From a virus (taxonomy: Duplodnaviria > Caudoviricetes), in IMG/VR virus record IMGVR_UViG_3300021399_000100: a stretch of 64,000 bases of DNA. One strand, given 5' to 3'. Made by a program: the position numbers and the translations under genes. How positions within the stretch are numbered: the first letter of the stretch is position 1; every line of letters starts with the position of its first letter. Under the pieces are notes generated by a model. That model was not told the origin of the DNA, made no database searches, and saw only the letters and a program-made list of their open reading frames with translations. Below, one piece after another: positions 1-8,936 of this stretch.

Positions 1-2
1 GT

Positions 3-917
3 GCTAAAATAAGCAGTCCTAAAGAAAGGGACGATATGATAGCAAGAGGGTCTATTATGGGTACTACTGTAAGTATGCAGATGACAGACCGAAGCGGTAC
101 GAAGCTGCAGGCCCGCCGCCCTGCGCAGCTGTTGATATTTGACTATATTAGCATGTTTGAGCAATTCCCTCCAACAAACCTTGCAAGCTATGCATTGGAT
201 AGCGTCGGCGAGTCTTTTGCTGGCATCAAGAAAGTGGCGTATGAAGGGTCATTAAAGGACTTATATAATAATGACTATAATTCATACGTGTTCTATAATG
301 CTATTGACTCGTGTATCGTTAAGAAAATCCATGACAAGAGAAAGTCTATGACGTTTGGTATACGGCAGGCTGTTATTGCTAGATGTACTGCTGCTAAAGT
401 CTTGTCCAAGACATTTCTGGCAGAAAGGCTGATGGCGTGGGAGTTCCGTAAAGAGAATAAAAGGCTGGCGGGCTTGAAGCGGGATAACAAGAAAGAAAAA
501 GACACCCAATATGAGGGTGCCTACGTAAAAGATCCTGTGGTGGGCTTTCATAAGATAATCTCATGTAATGACTTTGCATCGCTATACCCTAATACGGTCC
601 GCGGTTATAATATCGGCCCTGAAACTATTGTGGGCAAGATCGATATGAATGATACGAAACGAGTGGCCGCGCTCCGTGCTAATAAAGATTTCATCTTGAC
701 TCATAATGGAACGTTGTTCCGCAAGAAAGATGGCCACTTGAAAAATATCATGACAGAATTGTTCTCTTCGCGTAAAGCTAAAAAGAAAGAAGCGCTGGCT
801 GATATGGAGTTCGCTTATGATATCAAAGAACTGTTAGATACAGATGCATCGGATGAAGTCGTCTTGGCCTTTCTAGAGAAACACAAAGATATTATTGGAA
901 CATTATCCACGTCATGA
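3..917 (+). CDS. Family B DNA polymerase (T4 gp43-like), N-terminal part; 5'-truncated by window edge
   Basis: ExoIII-like YNAIDS, YEGAYVKDP and motif A DFASLYP are present. The frame is open back to position 3. It stops after the first fingers helix (RKAKKKE), with no motif B or C. Confidence 0.9.
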   Translation, partial: AKISSPKERDDMIARGSIMGTTVSMQMTDRSGTKLQARRPAQLLIFDYISMFEQFPPTNLASYALDSVGESFAGIKKVAYEGSLKDLYNNDYNSYVFYNAIDSCIVKKIHDKRKSMTFGIRQAVIARCTAAKVLSKTFLAERLMAWEFRKENKRLAGLKRDNKKEKDTQYEGAYVKDPVVGFHKIISCNDFASLYPNTVRGYNIGPETIVGKIDMNDTKRVAALRANKDFILTHNGTLFRKKDGHLKNIMTELFSSRKAKKKEALADMEFAYDIKELLDTDASDEVVLAFLEKHKDIIGTLSTS

Positions 918-950
918 TTGTGTTTGAATTTTTAAATGAATACATAGTAT

Positions 951-1340
951 ATGGATATAAATATAAATAATAACTGCAAGGCATTCACTACTTTGAAACA
1001 GTCAAAGAAGTTGATGGAAATACTACCAATTGAAAGTGCAGATATGGAGTATATACTTGAACAATGGGTAGATGAAAAAACTCATCGCCATAGGCAAGGA
1101 TATTGCGAAATTCCTGTTGTAAAAGTAGAGGATGATTGTCCAATACAACCAATAACACTTCCTTGTTGGAGTCTTGCTGCCTTGCTCGAAGTTATGCCTC
1201 ATCCAGATATATTTCGAAATTTAGAAGGTACGTGGATATTAAGTACGTTGGATTTTCCCAAAATTCGTGGCGGTTATAATAATCTTGTTGACGCATGTGT
1301 TAATATGATATTGAACTTACATGAACGTAAAATGTCGTAA
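951..1340 (+). CDS. Hypothetical protein, paralog of 1449..1802
   Basis: Shares FT..EQS.KL.EILPIESADM, CWSL.ALL and NLVDACV.MIL with the next gene. Confidence 0.75.
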   Translation: MDININNNCKAFTTLKQSKKLMEILPIESADMEYILEQWVDEKTHRHRQGYCEIPVVKVEDDCPIQPITLPCWSLAALLEVMPHPDIFRNLEGTWILSTLDFPKIRGGYNNLVDACVNMILNLHERKMS

Positions 1341-1375
1341 TAATCCACTTATGCATGAAATTTTTTGGCATTTCT

Positions 1376-1408
1376 GTGGTATTCGAATGAATTTTTTATA
1401 TCTTTACA
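1376..1408 (+). promoter_or_regulatory. Early (host sigmaA-type) promoter
   Basis: GTGG-N19-TATCTTTAC, resembling the Bacteroidota -33/-7 promoter; about 10 copies in the window. Confidence 0.65.
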
Positions 1409-1448
1409 TAAAAGAAAACAGATTGTTGAACAATTAAAATGTAAGATT

Positions 1449-1802
1449 ATGAAATCATTCACATCAATAGAACAGTCTACGAAGTTAGCAGAAATACTCC
1501 CAATTGAAAGTGCAGATATGTGTTATATCCAAGATTTACTTGGTGGTGGTAAGTATGGAGAATACAAGCCATATATCGGTGATAAGATTCCGTCTTATGG
1601 CCAAGGTAAGATTAGATGCTGGAGCCTTTTAGCGTTGCTTAGAGTTATACCTCAGCCAGATATATCTCGAAATTCAGAAGGCACGTGGTCAATAAAATCA
1701 CGAGTTTCTAGCGAATTTGCTCAGCAAGTCGACGGTTATATTAATCTTGTTGATGCATGTGTTGATATGATCTTGGAATTACATAGATTTAAAAAGTTGT
1801 AA
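1449..1802 (+). CDS. Hypothetical protein, paralog of 951..1340
   Basis: Paralogy; start moved to ATG 1449 downstream of the promoter/leader cassette. Confidence 0.75.
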   Translation: MKSFTSIEQSTKLAEILPIESADMCYIQDLLGGGKYGEYKPYIGDKIPSYGQGKIRCWSLLALLRVIPQPDISRNSEGTWSIKSRVSSEFAQQVDGYINLVDACVDMILELHRFKKL

Positions 1803-1804
1803 TT

Positions 1805-1978
1805 ATGGACAAGCCAAAAGGTAAAAACGGTGAACGCTTTGTCAAAGTTAAAGCCATCATCAAAACATGGACAGAAGTTGAATGCATTATAGAGTATGAT
1901 ACTTATTGTGAACAGTTCATCATACCTAATGGTTTTCAAAGTGACTGCAAAATTTTAAAATGGTATTATTGTAATTAA
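1805..1978 (+). CDS. Small hypothetical protein (57 aa, not in ORF track)
   Basis: MDKPKGKNGERFVKV...KWYYCN fills the gap between neighbouring genes. Confidence 0.55.
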   Translation: MDKPKGKNGERFVKVKAIIKTWTEVECIIEYDTYCEQFIIPNGFQSDCKILKWYYCN

Positions 1979-1989
1979 AACTTAAGATT

Positions 1990-2502
1990 ATGGGATGGCG
2001 AATTTCATTCTATCTTGTCACTAAAAAAATGGCTGATAAGATAAAAAATATGACGGAAGATGAGTATCATAAAAACGAAGTCAGACTCTGTCGCAATTTG
2101 GGTAAAAAATGTATATGGCATGATACCATGACTGATTTGATCGCACATGATAATGAACAAAAATTTTCGACAGAACTATTCTCATTCGAAACAGATGATA
2201 TATATTACGGCGAGATATCTAAAGATCAGTTGAAGAATCTGATCATGGCTTCGCGTGAAAAGACAATAAATTATCTTAGCAGTGTAAATGCCGAGGATTA
2301 TATAGCACAGGCCCGTGACGATTGGGAATATCATTTTCCTGGAAATGCAACCGAACGTGAACTGTTCGCTAATTTAGATTTTAGCGACAATAAGTTCTTA
2401 ATATGTCACGGTTATACATATGAACATGCTATATACGATTTGATGCATATATATAAGAGCATCAATTGGAAAACGCATGTCTTATTATGTATTGGTAGTT
2501 GA
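1990..2502 (+). CDS. Hypothetical protein, paralog of 43918..44361
   Basis: MG.R.S..L N-terminus and NKF...Y...HI.K...W...VL C-terminus shared. Confidence 0.75.
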   Translation: MGWRISFYLVTKKMADKIKNMTEDEYHKNEVRLCRNLGKKCIWHDTMTDLIAHDNEQKFSTELFSFETDDIYYGEISKDQLKNLIMASREKTINYLSSVNAEDYIAQARDDWEYHFPGNATERELFANLDFSDNKFLICHGYTYEHAIYDLMHIYKSINWKTHVLLCIGS

Positions 2503-2556
2503 TCTCCAGTGATTATGATAACATATATAATTAAAAATGTAATAATTGTTTAATAT

Positions 2557-2868
2557 ATGAAAATTTGGGAGCAATTCAAGGAATATCTGCGAGGGCATGC
2601 CGTAAACGGTAATTTGCTTTACACAAGGTTTACATTGCCTAAAACATGCGACGAAAAATACTGGTATAACAGAGGATTGCAAGATTCGATAACGGATCTT
2701 AGGGACTATGAAATACAATGCGATGCCGTATACAGTAAGAAATATGATAGCCTCGTTAGATGTCTGGCCAGGAAGGGAATCCAAGTATGTTATGATGAAA
2801 ATACAGGTATCACACATATCCACCAACTAGATTTACGTTCCAGAAATGATTTGCCTGTGATTATATAA
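2557..2868 (+). CDS. Hypothetical protein
   Basis: Co-oriented ORF with an AT-rich leader. Confidence 0.6.
   Translation: MKIWEQFKEYLRGHAVNGNLLYTRFTLPKTCDEKYWYNRGLQDSITDLRDYEIQCDAVYSKKYDSLVRCLARKGIQVCYDENTGITHIHQLDLRSRNDLPVII
2857..2867 (+). promoter_or_regulatory. Replication-class promoter motif GTGATTATATA
   Basis: Motif recurs upstream of RNase H, SSB, Rep-like and UvsX-C genes. Confidence 0.55.
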
Positions 2869-2884
2869 TAAAAATTATAGTTAT

Positions 2885-3967
2885 ATGAAAACAATCGCGA
2901 TAGATCATAGTTCGTTTATGATATCAACGTTATCGTCATTCATCAACGGTAATAAGATCAAATCAAAAGACGAACCTCTTTCTAATCCAGATGACGTACA
3001 AATGTTCGGCGATATCATGATATCACGAATGAGTAATATCTTATGTGATATTGCAGAGCAGGGCGATAGAGTTGCACTGTGCATTGATAAAAAAGACAGA
3101 GACAGCAAATACTGGCGTCACAGACTTCCCAACAGAGTATCTGGGTTATATAAACTGTCTCGTGATAATTCGGTATTCGCGACAGTTTCTAATGAAGGGT
3201 TGAATACTGCAAAAGACAGGTTTTTCAACTGGTGTTTGGATAATGGGTTAGTAAAGCTGTCTTTAGAAGGGTTTGAGGCAGATGATATCATTGCTGAACT
3301 AGTCAAGAGGACGGACAAATCGATTATAATATCGCCAGATGGAGATTTCAACCAGCTTATAAGCAGTCCCAATATCATCAGGATAGACCCAATTAGATGG
3401 AGAGCCTACCGATATAATGTAGACAGTTCTGACTGGTTCGGTGTTCAGTCGTTTGACGGCATGTGGGCTGATGCAATTTTGAAGGCTCTAGAGATTACTG
3501 ACGTAACATTAGTCAATGCTAATTTCGCATTGCTTGTCAAGATCCTTATGGGTGATAAATCCGACTGCATCCCATCTGTACACACATACACCACAGCCAC
3601 AGGTCGGACTATGGGCGTTGGGGAGAAGACCGCCGCTAAAATGATATTGTCCGCATTCTCTGATATGTCATCAGTGAAACACTACAGTGATATCACTCAG
3701 AATGAAAAAATAGCAATGTGCAGCGTTCTGAAAGATCCTGTTATAGAAGATGTGATTCGGAGAATGGATGAGAATGCTGAAATGGTAATGCTCAATAATG
3801 CGGGTCTCACCGAGATTCTCAATCCAGTAATAACTATGATAGACGCTCTTGATGCTACAGAATCAATATTCAAGGGTGTAGAAAGCGTGTCGGTTGCTGG
3901 TGCATCTGGTACATTTATACGAACAATAGAAACACCAACGGAATTTAGTGATTATGTTTTTGACTAA
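2885..3967 (+). CDS. rnh: T4 RNase H-like 5'-3' exonuclease (FEN family)
   Basis: FEADDIIA, SPDGDFNQL and LMGDKSDCIP motifs. Confidence 0.88.
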   Translation: MKTIAIDHSSFMISTLSSFINGNKIKSKDEPLSNPDDVQMFGDIMISRMSNILCDIAEQGDRVALCIDKKDRDSKYWRHRLPNRVSGLYKLSRDNSVFATVSNEGLNTAKDRFFNWCLDNGLVKLSLEGFEADDIIAELVKRTDKSIIISPDGDFNQLISSPNIIRIDPIRWRAYRYNVDSSDWFGVQSFDGMWADAILKALEITDVTLVNANFALLVKILMGDKSDCIPSVHTYTTATGRTMGVGEKTAAKMILSAFSDMSSVKHYSDITQNEKIAMCSVLKDPVIEDVIRRMDENAEMVMLNNAGLTEILNPVITMIDALDATESIFKGVESVSVAGASGTFIRTIETPTEFSDYVFD

Positions 3968-4613
3968 AAATATTTATCTATGCATTCCTGCATCACAAGC
4001 GATATGCAAGATAGTCGAAGATAACATCGGCGATTCTAACGCAGTATGCAACCTTTTGGTAGAGTTCGAAAAGACTCTTATTGATAACGTTGTATGCGAT
4101 CTAGTATATCACAGAGTGAATAACGGACCCAAAATGATAGAGAAGCACCTTGGCAAGATAGCTGATGTAGCTGCAGCACGATTAGTTTCAGTGGCCTTAC
4201 AGCAATCTAATAAGGAGCCTATAGTATCTGATGGTCGTATCTTATTTGATATAGATACTATTGAACTTATCAAGAGCTTCCGTAGCCTTCCTGCATTCTG
4301 CACAAATATGTCGTCTTGCGTACTTGACAACATACAGGATAATGGAGAAGTCCCTGAGTTTAATTGTGACGATATGTTGATAATATTGCACGCCACACTA
4401 GTCTCTACTCTGGATGAAACAGACTTCTACCTAAAGGCTAAAGAATTTGCAACGGCCACAGCCAATTTGGCTGATTTACAGAAAGCTATCGACAATATAG
4501 AGAATGCGACGAAATTGTTGGCCACGAAATGTACATATCTATATATCGCTAAAGCTATAGAGAATACTTCTCTTTGGAAAAGCAATACAGCAAAACTAAA
4601 CGGCGAATCATGA
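3948..4613 (+). CDS. Hypothetical protein
   Basis: Long ORF coupled to rnh. Confidence 0.7.
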   Translation: MIMFLTKNIYLCIPASQAICKIVEDNIGDSNAVCNLLVEFEKTLIDNVVCDLVYHRVNNGPKMIEKHLGKIADVAAARLVSVALQQSNKEPIVSDGRILFDIDTIELIKSFRSLPAFCTNMSSCVLDNIQDNGEVPEFNCDDMLIILHATLVSTLDETDFYLKAKEFATATANLADLQKAIDNIENATKLLATKCTYLYIAKAIENTSLWKSNTAKLNGES

Positions 4614-5032
4614 GCAAGAATCTTTATGATGTAGTTAAAGAACTACAAAACGGCACAGCACACTGTATAGAGGACGAAGATGTCAAATCTATCATGTTCC
4701 CTCTAGTCAGAATGTATTATCCATATATCCCTTTCAGTGCCAGCAGCACCATAATGAAAGCAGAATTTCCGTTGAATTGGAAACTGCTCAAATCAGTAGC
4801 CAACGGCGTTAAGTTCAAGGGGATGTACAAGAAAGTTGTCAAAGATGATAACATTATATCTATTTTCAAGCGTAAATCTGGTCTTGGGTTGCGACATGTC
4901 AACGAAGTATGTGCATTCTATAATACAGATATCAAGACACTTAATATGATGGCATCCGATGATGATGTTTTCAACGAGATCCAAGATATCGATAGCCAGA
5001 TAGACAAAATGATGGCATCTGAAGACGAATAA
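4610..5032 (+). CDS. Hypothetical protein
   Basis: ATGA overlap with the upstream stop; followed by a terminator. Confidence 0.65.
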   Translation: MSKNLYDVVKELQNGTAHCIEDEDVKSIMFPLVRMYYPYIPFSASSTIMKAEFPLNWKLLKSVANGVKFKGMYKKVVKDDNIISIFKRKSGLGLRHVNEVCAFYNTDIKTLNMMASDDDVFNEIQDIDSQIDKMMASEDE

Positions 5033-5056
5033 TTTAGTAGTTTCATAATATTGGGG

Positions 5057-5101
5057 ACGCCCGGAGTTTTTATATTTGTATATAAAAATTTCGGGCGTTT
5101 T
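5057..5101 (+). terminator. Intrinsic terminator
   Basis: acgcccggagtttttatat / atataaaaatttcgggcgt stem followed by a T run. Confidence 0.75.
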
Positions 5102-5174
5102 GTGGTTATTAAATGATTTTTTTATATCTTTACATCATAAGAAAGATACAAACTAAAATATAGGAGGATCGGAT

Positions 5175-5330
5175 ATGAAACGCTATATCGTAATAATATC
5201 GGGCGAAGTACGTGAATCGTTTGATTCATTGGACGAAGCTCAGGATTGTGTGATAGCATTATGTATCAATGATGCTTCTTGTTCAAATATAATAATATGG
5301 GACCAACTAACAGAAAGTGAAGTTGATTGA
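5175..5330 (+). CDS. Small early protein (51 aa, not in ORF track)
   Basis: MKRYIVIISGEVRESFDSLDEAQD...; early promoter at 5102-5133 and AGGAGG upstream. Confidence 0.65.
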   Translation: MKRYIVIISGEVRESFDSLDEAQDCVIALCINDASCSNIIIWDQLTESEVD

Positions 5331-5403
5331 AAAAATTATAGAAACTGTTTGGACAATATATAAAAAGTTCGTATTTTTATGGTATAAATAAAAAGATAAC
5401 GTC

Positions 5404-6102
5404 ATGGAAACAGAATCAACAAAAGGATTTTTCAAAGGCTTCGAATATGAGGCCGTACTAAAGTACGTAAACAAAATAGCCCGCTCGCTGCAGGGCTTAT
5501 TGACAGACCGTTCGTTGGAATATGACGATCTTGTAGGATATGGGTTGGTTGCTGCAACCAACGCGTTTGTAAAATGGGACAACGCTCACAACGGTGACCG
5601 CGCAGACGTACCGCATCTTGAGGCATATATAAAGACCTGCATTGCAGGAAACATGAAGAATGTATTCATTTCTGCAAAGCGCCGCAACCAACTCGCTGAA
5701 GATATGTCGGTTACAGACACTGACGATGAAGACGAAGATGACATTCAGGAAGACATTCCTGAGGCATACAATATGGCTGAAGATGATCATGATGACATAT
5801 GTGGCAAATCACAAAGGAAATTTGCAAAAATATTCCACGCAGGTGATGACGAGAGTTCTATAGCCATGATGGATCTTGCTTCAGCAAAAGTGGCAGAAGA
5901 CGAAGATGAAAGAATCTACGCATTAGAAGACTTCATCAAGACACTATCAGGGATAGACCTAGAAATCATGAATAACATGCTAAGTCGCTCTGATGATAGC
6001 ATAAAAGACATTGCCACCCGACATAATGTATCGGCGGGTTATATTAGCAGAAGAAGCGCCAGTATCCGAGACATGGCTCGGGAGTTCATACTAGCTTATT
6101 AG
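5404..6102 (+). CDS. Phage sigma-70-family sigma factor
   Basis: Region-2-like EYDDLVGYGLVAATNAFVKWD; region-4 HTH SIKDIATRHNVSAGYISRR; own early promoter at about 5349-5380. Confidence 0.75.
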   Translation: METESTKGFFKGFEYEAVLKYVNKIARSLQGLLTDRSLEYDDLVGYGLVAATNAFVKWDNAHNGDRADVPHLEAYIKTCIAGNMKNVFISAKRRNQLAEDMSVTDTDDEDEDDIQEDIPEAYNMAEDDHDDICGKSQRKFAKIFHAGDDESSIAMMDLASAKVAEDEDERIYALEDFIKTLSGIDLEIMNNMLSRSDDSIKDIATRHNVSAGYISRRSASIRDMAREFILAY

Positions 6103-6148
6103 TATTTGCTACATAACACATAAAATTGTAATTAGTAAATAATTATAT

Positions 6149-6592
6149 ATGGACAAGAATATTATTTTAATAGCAGTAAGACCTAAAACTAATAGCTCTT
6201 ACACCGCGAAGAAAGCTACTGTGCTTTCTAAATTGGATCTTCATTTCATTGATTATGTACCACATATCGAACCTGATGATAATCTTTCAGAATGGAAAGT
6301 CGTCACAAGACAAGACCTACAGGACATAGAAGACGTGGTGTATAAACAGATACTCAAGGAACTTGAGGGCGCACCCAACACCCAGCTTCTCAAAGAGGCT
6401 ACATCCGTCGGTAGTGCGCTAGACATCGTGTCTGCATATGTATGGTCTATGCGTGTGGTGCAGTCTGAGAAAGATATCATTCAGCGTATTGCTGACATGA
6501 TAGTTGCTTGCAACGCTATAGCACTTGCAAGAAAGATGTACGAGTTAAACTCGAATATTGAATTAATAATCAAACAAGATACTGAACATTAA
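6149..6592 (+). CDS. Hypothetical protein
   Basis: Co-oriented ORF. Confidence 0.65.
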   Translation: MDKNIILIAVRPKTNSSYTAKKATVLSKLDLHFIDYVPHIEPDDNLSEWKVVTRQDLQDIEDVVYKQILKELEGAPNTQLLKEATSVGSALDIVSAYVWSMRVVQSEKDIIQRIADMIVACNAIALARKMYELNSNIELIIKQDTEH

Positions 6593-6601
6593 TTAAATAA
6601 A

Positions 6602-6862
6602 ATGGATGTATATGTAATATTATCAATCTTGGGATGGGCTGCAACTATATGCAGAGCCATCGGAATGTTCGTTAAAAACGAACTAGCTATCAAATGTTGG
6701 ACATCTGCTGGCAATGCTGGATGGCTTGCCGTAGGATTAATTCAATGGCAAATTCTAGACATGTCTATGACACTGTTTGTGTCGAACGCATTATGTATCG
6801 CTGTCTTCATGTACTCAATGTATCAATTGAAGAAAGCCAAAGTATTAACAAACAAAAAATAA
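6602..6862 (+). CDS. Small 3-TM membrane protein (YgjV/PnuC-like)
   Basis: Three hydrophobic helices; LGW.AT and N..W..G pattern. Confidence 0.55.
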   Translation: MDVYVILSILGWAATICRAIGMFVKNELAIKCWTSAGNAGWLAVGLIQWQILDMSMTLFVSNALCIAVFMYSMYQLKKAKVLTNKK

Positions 6863-6866
6863 GCAT

Positions 6867-7571
6867 ATGAAATTCATCACGCCTGAAATAATTACCTTTA
6901 TAAAAGATAACATTCCAGCGAACCATATTGACACTGTCGAAAGTGTGACTACGTTGTCAGAATATCTCTATATAGACGACGCAGTATGTATCAGGTTCAG
7001 TGATCATTTTTCGCCAAAATTTGTGATGGGGCCACAAATCATCAAGCCGTTCTCAACATGTGTGGAAGACGTGTTCGTCGTATTTTATAAAAACAACAGC
7101 ACACCTATGATTATGGCAGGAGGTCAGTTAGGGCCATATTTAAAAATAACAATTACGAATATGATCATCGAGCATGAACGTAAGCAGTCAGAATCACTTG
7201 ACACAATTGTTCATGGCAATGATAAGGCGTGTGAACAATCCAATGCATCTGACACAATTGGCCCTGACAATGATAAGGATTCTTGGCAAAGTTATGTCCA
7301 TGATTCATGGAACGAGGTCCTATGGCAGGACCCTATAAAACATCCTGATAGTTGGCAGAAACTAGCGTGTGTTTTGGGGACATTGCCTCATTTTAGAGGA
7401 CTTCTAAAGGAATATAAGGATTATATTAAAATGTTATTCATGGACAAACGTTTATCGGTCATGGATATCCATGACATATGTAGGTCCACTAATAATCCAA
7501 AAGATTTGTTGAGAGCAGTCAGAGAACGCGCAGTCGGAGTAAGTGTATCAAATTTAAAACAAGTTTCATAA
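6867..7571 (+). CDS. Hypothetical protein (IRFSDH motif)
   Basis: Long ORF followed by a terminator. Confidence 0.65.
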   Translation: MKFITPEIITFIKDNIPANHIDTVESVTTLSEYLYIDDAVCIRFSDHFSPKFVMGPQIIKPFSTCVEDVFVVFYKNNSTPMIMAGGQLGPYLKITITNMIIEHERKQSESLDTIVHGNDKACEQSNASDTIGPDNDKDSWQSYVHDSWNEVLWQDPIKHPDSWQKLACVLGTLPHFRGLLKEYKDYIKMLFMDKRLSVMDIHDICRSTNNPKDLLRAVRERAVGVSVSNLKQVS

Positions 7572-7587
7572 AAGTGATGAACGCAAT

Positions 7588-7617
7588 AAAGGGGTATGGT
7601 TAGCCGTATCCCTTTTA
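7588..7617 (+). terminator. Intrinsic terminator
   Basis: aaaggggtatgg-tta-gccgtatcccttt hairpin. Confidence 0.7.
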
Positions 7618-7635
7618 TAATGCTTGTTTATATCG

Positions 7636-7728
7636 TAACATGCGATTTTTGCTATGATATCTTTTATATAATCGCATAAAAATATAAAATTGTGTAAGAT
7701 ATCAATTCAGAGAAAATAACGCGTTAAA
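7636..7728. repeat. 93-nt non-coding element, copy 1 (copy 2 at 50896-50988)
   Basis: Gapless alignment with conserved blocks TAACATGCGA, TTTGCTATG, TAAGATATCA and CGCGTTAAA. Confidence 0.7.
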
Positions 7729-7775
7729 CACAAGAATTATAATGCCATCGTAATAGAAAAAATTCTGTATTTTCG

Positions 7776-7806
7776 TGGAGTCGGAAAGAATTTTTTATAT
7801 CTTTAC
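7776..7806 (+). promoter_or_regulatory. Early promoter
   Basis: GTGG-N19-TATCTTTAC; leader nearly identical to 1389-1454. Confidence 0.65.
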
Positions 7807-7847
7807 GTAAAAGAAAACAGATTGTTGAACAGTTAAAACTTAAGGTT

Positions 7848-8291
7848 ATGAAACAACAAAAATATGAGATGTGCAAAGAAGGTTCAATGTACAGAATTAA
7901 GGCATTGAAAGACTTTGCAAATATAAAGGCGGGTGACCTAGGCGGACTAATTGATAAAGAATCCAATCTTTCTCAGGAAGGGGATTGTTGGATTAGCTAT
8001 AACGCTCGGGTATATGGTGATGCAGAGGTTTCTGAAAATGCTCAGGTCTATGACAACGCTAAGGTCTATGGAAATGCTTGTGTTCGCGGATTTGCTAAGG
8101 TCTATGGAAATGCCCAAGTTTATGGATGGGCTATAATTTCTGATAATGCTAAGGTTTTTGATAACGCTGAGGTATGTGAAGGTGCTGAAGTCTGGGATGA
8201 TGTCAAAGTTTTCGCAAATGCTAAAATTTGTGGAAATGCTGAGGTTGTGGGAAAAGAAAGTATTGGAGGGAATACGGAAGTGAAGTATTAA
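7848..8291 (+). CDS. Hexapeptide-repeat left-handed beta-helix protein
   Basis: RI.AL.DF..GG.I.KE.NLSQEGDCW followed by (NA.VYG)n repeats. Confidence 0.85.
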   Translation: MKQQKYEMCKEGSMYRIKALKDFANIKAGDLGGLIDKESNLSQEGDCWISYNARVYGDAEVSENAQVYDNAKVYGNACVRGFAKVYGNAQVYGWAIISDNAKVFDNAEVCEGAEVWDDVKVFANAKICGNAEVVGKESIGGNTEVKY

Positions 8292-8308
8292 ACTAAAATA
8301 ATATAACA

Positions 8309-8884
8309 ATGGAAAAGAAGTATAAAACGGAGCCAGAGGGCTATATGTTGAGAATTATTGCTTTGAAACGTCTTGGCGAGTTTGACCAGGTTGTAAAAGG
8401 TGATAAAGGTGGATTGATAGAAAAAGAAGAAAACCTTTCTCAAGAGGGTGATTGCTGGGTTTTTGAAGATGCCCAGGTTTCAGGAAATGCCCAGGTTTCA
8501 GGAAATGCTTTTGTTTTAGAAAGTGCCTGTGTTTCCGGAAATGCTAAGGTTTATGGAAATGCTTGTGTTACTGAAAAAGCTCAAATTTCTGGTAATGCTC
8601 GGGTTTATGGAGAGGCTTTGATTTGTGAAAATGCGATGGTTTATGAGAATGCTCGTGTTTTTGGAGATGCTTATATTCTTGGAAATGCTCAGGTTTATGG
8701 GAAGGCAAGGGTTTATGGAAATTCTAAGGTTTATGAAGATGCCAGAGTATATGACAATGCTAAGGTTTTTGGGAAGGCAGAAGTTTGTGGGCATACTGAG
8801 ATTAAGGGAGACGTCAAGGTTTCTGGAAAGGCCTGTATTAGTGGAAAAACCGAGATTAAGGGATATAAAAATACAGAGGGTTAG
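8309..8884 (+). CDS. Hexapeptide-repeat left-handed beta-helix protein
   Basis: Same family, longer repeat tract. Confidence 0.85.
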   Translation: MEKKYKTEPEGYMLRIIALKRLGEFDQVVKGDKGGLIEKEENLSQEGDCWVFEDAQVSGNAQVSGNAFVLESACVSGNAKVYGNACVTEKAQISGNARVYGEALICENAMVYENARVFGDAYILGNAQVYGKARVYGNSKVYEDARVYDNAKVFGKAEVCGHTEIKGDVKVSGKACISGKTEIKGYKNTEG

Positions 8885-8936
8885 CCTGTAGTGATTCGAA
8901 TTTACACAATTAAATAAACATAAAACTAAAACAACA

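Noticed and set aside
900-960. Group I intron or intein interrupting the DNA polymerase
   Set aside because: Only 33 nt separate the stop from the next gene, there is no intron core or IntN motif, and no downstream exon with motifs B/C is present in the window.
4610-5032. Clamp-loader small subunit (gp62) assignment
   Set aside because: Size and context fit, but no motif could be matched with confidence.
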